A stretch of 64,000 nt of DNA, taken from positions 29,684,384-29,748,383 of the forward strand of contig NC_072740.1 of the NCBI RefSeq assembly GCF_026930045.1, given 5' to 3'. Under the pieces are notes generated by a model. That model did no database searches. It saw only the letters and a list, made by a program, of their open reading frames with translations, and had not been told where the DNA came from. Below, piece after piece: positions 51,796-62,012 of the stretch. Origin of the DNA: Uloborus diversus. Lineage: Eukaryota. The position numbers were made by a program, and so were the translations under genes. Numbering within the stretch: position 1 is the first letter of the stretch; each line of letters begins with the position of its first letter.

Positions 51796-53149
51796 GACCA
51801 TGTTTTCTTTCACGCTAGCGGTACCCGCACGGCGCGGCGTTGCTCGTGAAAGAAAAATTAAAAGACCAGATGCTTCGCCATTATGTAAAGCAAGGGTTCT
51901 CAATCTTTTAGACATTGCGACCCCCTTTTTAGACTAAGTATTTTGGTGACCCCCCCCCCCAAGTTTTAACTCTGTCTAAACCCTAAAACAAGCTAACTAC
52001 ACAAATGGTTAAGTTTTATCCTTAGAAACAAAAGTAACTAGTAAAATAAGCATGCATTTTTGTCTCTTGAATTATTTAATAAGAGACAGAAGTTGACCTT
52101 ACTGATTTTATAAACATGCAGTAGTTTTATGACAATTGTTACCTTGCGCTCCTTCAAGTCCTATATCATTGCACACAGTACGAAAAACACAGCAATAAAT
52201 TAATTTTCTTTGAACTTTTCTTACACAGATCGCGAACCTCTGGACCATTCCGCGACCCATCTAAGGGTCGCGACCCAATGTTTGAGAACCCCTGATATTG
52301 AGGGTGGTTATGAAATAACGTGAGGTGCTCAGAGGCCTCTAGCGAGTCAAGTATTGGACGAAACTCACTCAAAATAAATAGGCGTACAATGTACACAGTA
52401 GACCATGGGATTTCGATTTCTGAAACAATAAATAAAGTTACAAAAATATCTACGAGTGTAAATTTTGGAGTTGAAAAGGTGGAAATACTCTCATATTGGA
52501 GAATTTAACGCCAACCGATCAAATGAGCATCTTTTTTATAAACAAATGATGATTTTTTTTTACTATTACGTTGTTGTTTCAAGAACTGCCATACGATGCA
52601 TAACCTTTCCCACACATCCGAATTAATTTGTCCCACCTGTAACATCATTCAAGTTCTCAGAATTGCAATATCGAGAACATGTTCTCGATACACAACATTT
52701 TCAAGAAATCACTGTAGTGTTACAAGAAGAAACATTGGAAAACCGAGGGGCCTATACCATAAGATATGCACAACTAATGAATGCCATAGAAGAAATATTG
52801 CTGTATCTAAAATCGAATGAGAGATCGTTCACCACCCTGCTTGAATATGGTCTAAAAAACTCATTCTCGCTGCAGTACCAAAATTTCATTGCGGTGACTT
52901 TTTGTGGTTTTTGTTTTAATATTAGAAATTGAAATTCGATTGTGGTTTTATTGAACGTCCTTTGTAAGTAACAATCAATTGTAGCTCAAAAATTGATGTT
53001 TGCTGCACTGTTATTCATTTAACCCTTACAATATACATTTGTTCAACATTCAGTAAGTTCATGTAACTTTCGGTACGAGAATAGTAATATTGTTCTTTTG
53101 AGATCTAAGTAGGGTCAAATAAAGGAGATCACCCGAGCATAATCAACGA

Positions 53150-53790
53150 TAGATTAAAATTGCAGTTTTTAGACTTCAGTTTCGAAAAATTTCCAGGGGA
53201 GAACCCGCAGATGGCCTAAATTAGTGTTATTGAGGTTCCAATTTCAGAATTTTTTTTCTAGGAAAAGAACCCACTTGCTTCACGCTTCTTACATGAGTAA
53301 AAATATGTAAAAATGCGTTTTTAAGATTCCAATTACGAAACAAATTCGGGGGTAGACCTCCGAATTTTCCTTTGAAGTCACCGAAGGAAGTTTAAAATTG
53401 AGTTTTAAATGCTTTATTAGTTCCCAAGAAGAATCTCCACCAACTAATTCTTTCCTCATTAACTCATTTAAAGATGTCCTGAAATAGCGGTTTTGAAACG
53501 ATTCAACTTTGCAAAATTTTCGGGAGAGCACCCCAGCACGATTTGCTGTCAGTTTGCTAAAAATGTCCTAAATTTGCCTTTTTAAGACATCAGTTTCGGG
53601 ATTTTTTTCGGGAAGTTACCTTATTTACATCACTAAAGACAGCCTAAACTTTTTCTTAATACCTCAGCTTCGAAAATTTTCCGTGGAAGAGCTTCCAAAG
53701 CCTTAAGTCACCGAAAGATAGCCAAAATTAAAATCTTCAGTTTCCAAAAAAGTTTTGCCCCCGGCACTTACAATCTCCAACAGCAGACTC
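53150..53790. repeat. Degenerate satellite-like tandem array, about 8 copies of a 75-85-bp unit
   Basis: Recurring unit core 'tt(c)agtttcgaaaa(a)ttttccnggga(g)...cctaaa' at 53177, about 53243, 53328, about 53420, 53503, 53589, 53663 and 53737, with about 25-30% divergence between units. Confidence 0.7.
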
Positions 53791-54434
53791 TGCCAAGAAT
53801 ACTGAATCTGCGAGCATGTCCACTGAATCCTAAAAATATAATCTGAAATCACTTAAGAATAAAATCATACAAAAATTTAAGTTATGCCCTAAATTTATGT
53901 AAAATACACGCAAAAGTGCAACTAATTTCGGCCCTTCAAGTTTCGGAACGACGAGAAAATTTTCTATTAGGGTATTATTTCTGGGAACAAAAATTGTACC
54001 AATGGTGCAAAAATTAAAACATTTCCTCGCATAGAAAAGCAATTGAAAATTGCAACACTTAATGGTTTAAAATAGCAACACAAAAAAGAATAAATCGAAA
54101 TCTAGAAGACAACTTCGAGATGCACGTCTTACACTCCAAACCAATTTAGTGTCGAATTTCATAAAAGTTGACCAAGCAGTCTTGGCACAAGACGAGTCTC
54201 AGACATGCACTCATACATATTGACACATAAACTTACTGTTTTATTATTTATAGATAATTGATGAAACATCATCTGTTCTATTAATGAAACGAAATCATGA
54301 ATGTTATTGAAATGGTGCTTATAATCTTACAATCTTAAATGTGAGAAATGCTCGATGCAGTTTATTTGAATGTTCGCTCTGCTAAATTTTTGTTTTTGTT
54401 AGCAATTAGAAAAGTATTTAGGTATTTATTAGGT

Positions 54435-54590
54435 GCTAATGTTAATTTGGTATGATGACCTCTGTCCCTTTATGCGACCCCAAATGCATGTTGCTAATTC
54501 GACGTGTTGACATCTGCTCCTTTATTCGAATCCAAATGCATGTTGTTAATTCAGTATTTTGACATCTGTTCCTTTTACAATTCGAATCAT
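54435..54590. repeat. Three tandem copies of a roughly 52-bp unit
   Basis: 'tg(t)tgctaat...gacatctg(c/t)tcc(t)tt(t)a...cgaa(t)ccaaatgca' repeated three times. Confidence 0.7.
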
Positions 54591-55799
54591 TAATTGATCT
54601 ATCGCTTTCAAACTGATGATACTTAAGAAAATTTCTTTTTCCAAGAAACAAAAACTAGGGGAGGAGGAGGGAGGATTAGATTCTTATGATCCAACTGATT
54701 AAATAGCTTTCTGGCAGTTTTCATGCTTTGCATATTCTAAAAATTAGACTGCTTATTAAAACTTCATATCAAATAAAATGTAGTCCATCTTTTATCATAA
54801 ATTTATTGATTTCAGGGAGGCTACCAAAATGAGAAAATTACATATTGTAGCTTAATTGTACTTTGTTTTGTTTTGTTGCCTAGGAACCGTTTTGAAACTT
54901 TCTTGAACAACATAGCATTTGTGTCAAAATTCTTTGACCCATTATGAATATATCATTAACGGCATCGGGTATCATACCACTTATTCGGCCTTGAATAAAA
55001 TATTTCCTCTTATTAGGATTGTCTTACAAACCGTTATGATATTTTCGAAAAGAAAATATGATCAAGAAAAACTATTTTGTTTATAAATAACAATTCCTCA
55101 AATTGAATTTGAAAGAAAAGAATACATTTCATTTCATGAGAAATATCAGATGACTTTAGCTTGATGAAATTCAAAAATATCAAAATAACCTATTGATCCA
55201 AAGAGAAATCATTATTGTTGTTATTTTTATGATTATGAAGAATTTATATGCATAACATAGATGTTTAGTTAATAATTTGATTGAATACTGAACTAAATTT
55301 TTGAAAGGTTCCTTTGCGTTTGGTTTAGTACAATGATTGAAATAATCTACTTCAATGTTTTCTTTTCAATGTTTCTCATCGAAATTTCACGAAGATCAAC
55401 ATTAAATGAAAGGAAAATAAAAGTCATGTTAATAGATAAGACCATTCTTTGGAAAATATTATTTGTAGTCCTCAAAATAGGAAACTAGATCGCTAAATTT
55501 TCAGAAGATTTATTTTTTCAAGTTTTTGCTGCATAATTATGGGTTTTCCTTTTGTTTAAGGACCATGCACACAAACACAAAATTGAAAAATACCTACATT
55601 ATTAATATTCGACTGTGTATATGTGTCTACCTGTATGTATGTACAGATGGGTAACAAAATAATACGTACTCCCATAAACAAACACTTGGTCAATTTCAAA
55701 GAAGCACTTTTCCACTTAGCATCCAAGTTTGCCTCTTAGTGTTTATGAAGGATATGGTATAAGGCATTCAACATCAGTAATAGCCGTTGCATGCGTTCT

Positions 55800-56090
55800 G
55801 AAAAACTCAATAATGACTGATCTGTCAGACTTTGGAAAACTCATGATTTTTAGATTGCGATGCACTGGCTGCTCGGTGGCGGAAGCAGCTAATTATTTCG
55901 GGTGTCCAAATGGTATTAAGTCAGCGTATACGAGAGCATACATGAAATGCGGTAATGTGTCGTCTTCGAGGTGCAACAGAGGACAGAAAACTACACTGTT
56001 GACCCACATAGTGGTCCAAAAACGCAAGAAATATATATTCCAGATAACGACAGACTTAAATAAACATTTCCAGAATCCCGTTTCAGCAAT
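55800..56090 (+). pseudogene. Older Tc1-family (DD34E) transposase N-terminal remnant
   Basis: 'LSDFGKLMIFRLRCTGCSVAEAANYFGCPNGIKSAYTRAYMKCGNVSSSRCNRGQKTTLLTHIVVQKRKKYIFQITTDLNKHFQNPVS' aligns to the paired-like HTH region of Tc1/Sleeping Beauty-type transposases (SDFERG...SAKRNSGRK...NPVS). The similarity stops at about 56090, and it is a different sequence from the adjacent element. Confidence 0.75.
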
Positions 56091-56307
56091 AATTGTCATT
56101 TTTAGCATTTTTTTGCACATAGCAGTATATTTCCACTTTTATATTCTACTTTTACATGTTTCTCAATACATTTGCATTTTTCAGCTCTTTGCCAGTAATG
56201 CAGTTATAGTTTCTTCATTAACAACGCAGAACTCAACAAGTTTAAGTGGTTGCGCTTTATTCCACCCTGCCTTTCCCATCCCCCAAATCAAGAAAAACAG
56301 TATTTTA

Positions 56308-57745
56308 CAGTAGTTACATACACCCCTGTTTGTGAAAATTGCAACACCACGAAGGACTTACGTGAGTGAGCTGAAAATTGCAGGAATGTAAGGTAGGGCG
56401 TAATATGCAAATGATTAGAATTGCAGACCGGTAGCGCATGCGTATGCTGAGCAGCACCCTCTGAACGGTGGATCGAACCGGATATAAATAGGCGGCTGTA
56501 GCGAGCCGTGTATGATTATTGGCGGTTATATGCTAGAGTACACATTAACTGAATCTGTACTATGCCTCTTCGACGAAAGAAAGCGAAATTTGAGCAAATT
56601 TCGGAGTTTGAACGGTGCATAATCGTTGGCCTTCGTGAAGCTGGATTGTCTTATCGTGCAGTAGCCGCTCGTGTGCAGCGTAAAAGCAGCACAATCATGC
56701 GTGTTTGGAAGTAGAGGACGGACGAGGGTCGGACAGCTCGGAAATCCGGGAGTGGACCCCGAAATGTGACGTCAGCTCGCGATGACAAACACCTGGTGCG
56801 TATGGCGCTGACGGACTGCACAGCTTCTTCTAGACAATTGGCAGCACAGTGGTCAACAGCTACAGGTGTTTCATCGTGTGCTTCATCAATTCGGAGACGT
56901 CTGCTGCAGCGTGGGCTGCGCGCAAGGATTCCTTTATACAGGATTCCTCGTGCGCAAAACCGTCGCCGCCTGCGGATACAATAGGCCAATGTGCATAGGA
57001 GCTGGCGTGCTGATTGGCAGCAGGTCGTCTTTTCTAACGAATCCCGCTTCAATTTGTGGCACCGTGATGGCCGAATTCGTGTCAGGCGCTATGCCGGTGA
57101 ACGGCACATTCCGGGTGCAATATCGAACGCCGGTGGACGAACACCCGGAGTTATGGTCTGTGGTGCCATAGAATATCATGGACGATCACAATTGCTATGA
57201 ATTGTGGGCAGTTTGAACAGTACCTGATGCATAAACGAAGTTTTACAGCCACAAGCTATTCCTTTCCTGCAAGGATTGCCAGGGGCTGTATTCCAGCAGG
57301 ATAATGCCCGTCCACATGTCGCCAGGACTGTAAAATCCGACCTTGATTCGCAGCAGGTACAGCTTTCTTTCTTGGCCTGCATATTCCCCGGATATGTCAC
57401 CGATTGAACATGTGTGGGATTTCGCTGGGCGGCGTCTCGCTCGTGATCCTCGTTCTGTTGCTTCGACAGACGAACTTTGGTTGGGCATACAAACAATATG
57501 GAATGCTCTTCTGCAGGCAGATATTCAAACTTTGTTTCACTCCATGCCGAGTCGTGTAGCAGCTCTTATTGTGGCGCGTGGTGGCCACACAAAATACTTA
57601 TTTCTATCTCTTTTAATTGTTTGTTTGGTTTGAAAATGTAATCATTTATTTGTACCATTACCACTCAACTGTGTATTAAATTTCATTCAGCTATGATGCT
57701 TCCTTTATGGTGTTGCAATTTTCACAAACAGGAGTGTAGTAATTG
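56308..57745 (+). mobile_element. Tc1-like DNA transposon of about 1.44 kb with roughly 40-bp TIRs
   Basis: The 5' TIR 'cagtagttacatacacccctgtttgtgaaaattgcaacacc' (56308-56348) follows a TA. The 3' TIR 'ggtgttgcaattttcacaaacaggagtgtagtaattg' (57709-57745) is its inverted counterpart, with the inner 24 nt identical. A TATA-like 'atataaatagg' lies upstream of the ORF. Confidence 0.9.
56562..57603 (+). pseudogene. Tc1-like (DD34E) transposase with three in-frame stops and one frameshift
   Basis: 'MPLRRKKAKFEQISEFERCIIVGLREAGLSYRAVAARVQRKSSTIMRVWK*' matches the Tc1 HTH N-terminus. '...WQQVVFSNESRFNL...GRIRVRR...' and 'FQQDNARPHVAR' are DDE-core motifs. 'LSWPAYSPDMSPIEHVWD...LWLGIQTIW...MPSRVAALIVARGGHTKY' in frame +1 is the Tc1 C-terminus. 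There are stops at about 56712, 56982 and 57198, and a frameshift near 57350. Confidence 0.9.
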
Positions 57746-59424
57746 AAAAAAAAAAAAGACTTTCTGTAGAATATTAATTTTTTTTCGGGACATATTTGTT
57801 AATGTCCTTATATTTGTTTCACCTAAAACATTTGTGTTAATTGGTGATTTAACAAATATATTGTACTTTAATTTTATACCAACATGTTTCTAATGTGTCC
57901 TATTTACAAGTAGTAAATTATGTTTGATTTTGTTTGCAGTTTATGATTACTTTCATAGATAACTCATTTTTCAACGTGTCCTTATAATTTTTTCCATGGC
58001 TGTAATGTTTTCAAAAATATGTGTTTTTTGCACAGAAACAGCTTTATTAGCAGTATTAAAAAAAAGGAATTTTTTTTTTTAAACTAGAAAATATCGAAAA
58101 TTCAAATTTTATGAAACTTTATCGTACTTGCGGCACCTCAAGATGTGATTCAATAAATATATATATATATATATTATTTTACATAATTTACGCCAAAACG
58201 CAAATTTTCCGCTCTACCGCAAATTACAAATTATTTTTTCATTCCACTCTAGTGTAGGTTTTGCTCTTTTACTAATACTAGGTTAACTGAACAATATACT
58301 GAATAAATATCTGATTTCGTAAGAGAATGTGGGGGACGATAAAATTTTGTAATATTTACTCTGTTTTTAGTGCCACCTATCTGTTAATATTTTAACTAAG
58401 TAGTAACGCATGTAATCTATTCTAGTCAAGAAAAAGTTATGTCTGAAGACAAAAGCATATGATAATACAAGCGTTTTGCAAAAATTGATACTCATATTGT
58501 AAAATTTTGTTGTAGTTAAAAATAATGAAATAATGTTTTTAAAAAATGATAAAGTTCTTGTTATATGTATTTCAAATGTTTTCTACAATTAGTTAAGTGC
58601 ATGCTGAGCAAAACTGATAAGACAGCGTGAAATAGTTCATTTCGTTTACTTATTAAATTACTTACGTATTAGTTAATTGATTCATTCATTTACATTCCTT
58701 CATTTAATAATTCACTTATATTTATTCATTCTTTCACTTATTTTCTAAGTCATACGCTATTTTATCTATCAGCTTTGAGAAATAATATACACTGATTTTG
58801 CTTATGAGATAAGTAGAAAAAAGTTTTGAATGTAAGATTTTAACAATTATTTTATTGTAGGATGCATCAAATGAAATTAAGAGAAAACAACTAGCTTCAG
58901 AATAATAATCGAGCAAATATATTTGTTATTTATTCAAAAAACCCCGAGTGCGAACAAATCTATTAGTTGCTAAGTAAAAGAAAAAATATCATTAAGAAAG
59001 CAATCAAAACTTGCACTTTCTATTAAAGACGACAGATTACATTAGCGACACTTGTTTATATTCATTTTCTTCAGAGAAAACATCTATTTATATTCAGCTA
59101 AAAGAAAATCACATAATAAATTTTATTAAGATACTAATAAGTTCAAAGTTAACATTCATTCATTCCAATGATAAATTCTCTAGCAAGCGTAATTAATCGA
59201 AATTTCTTCAATGTTTTCTTTTACCCTGCATGAATTACAAATCCTTAGGGAAAAAAATAAACTCATTTTTCCAGAAAATCAAATTGAGTATCAGTAATAT
59301 TTGTTTTGCATTATTTATTTCTGTACGATGAGTCATTTTCTTAATTTTACGATTTAAAATTCCTCTTGGTTTTTTGAAAACATGTATTTAGTCAAGTTCA
59401 AATGTATTTCAGCACAAAATTTTT

Positions 59425-60950
59425 AATAAAATAACCGTTCAGCTGGTCCAGACAGAATTAAAGCAGAGCTTTTGAAGTTCAAGGACCAAGATCAGCTACG
59501 TGCTATCCATGAAATCATTTGTAGAGCATGGCAATTGGAAGTATTGCCCAATGAGTGGGACAATGGATCTATTTGCCTTATTTTTAAGAAGGGGGACAAA
59601 TTTGAATGTGCCAACTATAGAGGATTCACTCTACTTAATACTGCTTTTAAAATTTTATCCTACGTGCTTTGCACTAGGCTGCTACCACACGTGGAGAAAG
59701 TTATTTTATCATATCAATGTGGTTTTCAAAGAGGAAAATCCACTTCCAACCAAATTCATGCCCTAAGACAAATCATTGAGAAAACAAAAGAATTTAATAT
59801 CAGTACATCCCACCTTTTTATCGATTACAAGGCTGCATATGACAGCATTAGAAGAGACAGGCTCTTCGCTGCCATGGAAGAGCTCGGTATCCCATTAAAG
59901 CTTGTTAACCTTACGAGAGCAACTCTTAGAAGAGTCAAATGCCAGGTGAAGATGCAGAACGAATACTCCGAGCCCTTCCTTCTACACCGACAGAGGGTTG
60001 AGGCAAGGGGATTCTCTTGCATGTATCCTTTTCAACCTTGCCCTTGAGAAAGTCATTAGATCTTCTGGTATCAACACTCGAGGCACTATTTTTCAATGAA
60101 CAGTACAGATTCTTGCATATGCCGATGACATCGACATAATTGGAAGATCCAAAAGAGCTGTCACAGATGCTTTCATCGCTATTGAGGCTGCTTCTAAAGA
60201 AATGGGCCTTAGCATTAATGCTGAAAAAACCAAATATATGGAAATAAACCATAAATCATTTGATTCTACCCCATTCTTTGTTAATGGCTACTCATTCGAA
60301 TCCGTTGAGGAGTTTAAATATCTTGGAAGTGTCATCACTAGAAACAATGATATTAGCGTTGAAGTCAATTGCCGCCTAACTATGGCAAACAAATGCTACT
60401 TTGGTTTGAAAAGCCAATTAAAAAGTAAACTTCTTTGCCAAAGTACAAAAATAAACATATACAAGACCCTTTTAAGACCAGTCCTAACTTATGGAAGTGA
60501 GTGTTGGGCTTTAACTAAAGCAGAAGAAGAGAAATTGATGGTTTTTGAAAGGAAAATTTCAAGAAGAATTTTTGGTGCTGTCCAGGAAAACAACAGATGG
60601 CGCACTCTCTATAATTTTGAGATATATAAAAAATTCTATAAACAGCCAGATATTATCCACTTTATTAAAGCCAATCGCATCAGATGGCTGGGGCACCTCT
60701 TTAGACTAGGTAGTAGGTTCCCAATCCATAAAGTCACCTTCACAATTCCAGATGGTGCGCGCGAGGGACCGCCCACCAACCAGATGGCTCGACTGTGCCG
60801 AAAAAGACTCAAAAACTGTTGACCTCAGTGGATGGAGGAAATCTGTTTCTGACAGGACGGGATGGAGGAAACTGATTGAGACGGTCTTGGCCTGCCCTAG
60901 GCTGTAGTGCCGAAAAAGAAGAAAGAAGAATTTTCAATAAAAGTTTTGCA
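59425..60950 (+). mobile_element. 5'-truncated non-LTR (LINE) retrotransposon: reverse transcriptase plus C-terminal tail
   Basis: The translation contains 'GPDRIKAELLKFKDQ...', 'FQRGKSTSNQIHALRQIIEK', 'LFIDYKAAYDSI', a YADD box ('LAYADDIDII'), 'GLSINAEKTKYMEI', and the conserved LINE tail 'GSECWALTKAEEEKLMVFERKISRRIFG...IRWLGHL...DRTGWRKLIETV'. The frame is broken near 60047 and 60100. No endonuclease or ORF1 lies upstream. Confidence 0.85.
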
Positions 60951-61959
60951 TCAAATGATCTACATTTTGTGCTGCATCTACATAACGACTAATTGCGAGC
61001 ACCCAACCAGTAATATGCAGATTTGTTTTGTACTGACAATATTATGTTTGTAATCGATATTCCACGAACACTATCAGTGAACTTTCAAAATCTCTGCATC
61101 TGTTCAATCTTCAATGCGCCGAAGATGTGAGGCATGCATCACTGAACGGGGTTGTAATTTCGAACACCTAATTTGATGACGATCGTTGTCTCCTTATTGT
61201 TCTTTTTTTAGTTTGTTGCTGTACTAAAGATAATAAACATGTTTTCTTCTCTTACTCGTGTCTTGTCTTTTCGGTGATTTGTGTCGTCACTACCGCGCCA
61301 GGAAAGCGTTTCCGACCATGCATTGCTGTGTGGTTTCCATCGTCTAGGTGTACTCTATCTACCCTGAAAGTCTGTAAACACTGTACTAATACACCCTGTA
61401 GATATATTTTTGCCACCAATTAAGATACTTAAGATCCTTTTAAGTTGATGTGTCAAAACTAGTTAAGTAAAAGTAAATACATCAGTTATGAGCACATATG
61501 ACCATAATCTATTAGCCATTCTTACTCAAAATTTTTACTTAGAATCTGATGATAAAACATAAGCTAAATTTGACAGAGAATAAATAAAAAATGCATTTGT
61601 TTATTTTTGTTGTTGTTCAGACAAACCTTTTAAAATTGATTTGTCCACCATCTATTTTTTAATTTTAATATTGCTCGAATTGTTAAGTTGAAATTTGATT
61701 ATATTGTAAGAAAAGTAAGTGTTTTAACATGGTTGAATACTTTTTACTTCCTTTTACAAAAAAGGAAGTATTGTATTCGCGAAAAAATTTTCACTCAAAA
61801 ATCGGCCTTAATTTCCATTTTGCTCGCCCTCGAATGAATATTGATTTTTTTTTCAACCCGACCACTCGTGGATACATGCCAAAGAACGTGTAGACACCTT
61901 ATAGACACCTGAAAAATCCATTTTGACGATCCCCGAGTTAATTACAACGAGTTTTCTCG

Positions 61960-62012
61960 TGACTTCCGTATGTACGTATGTATGTGCGTATGTGTGTATG
62001 TGCGTATGTATC
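61960..62012. repeat. (GTAT/GTGC)n compound microsatellite
   Basis: 'gtatgtacgtatgtatgtgcgtatgtgtgtatgtgcgtatgtatctcgc'. Confidence 0.8.
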
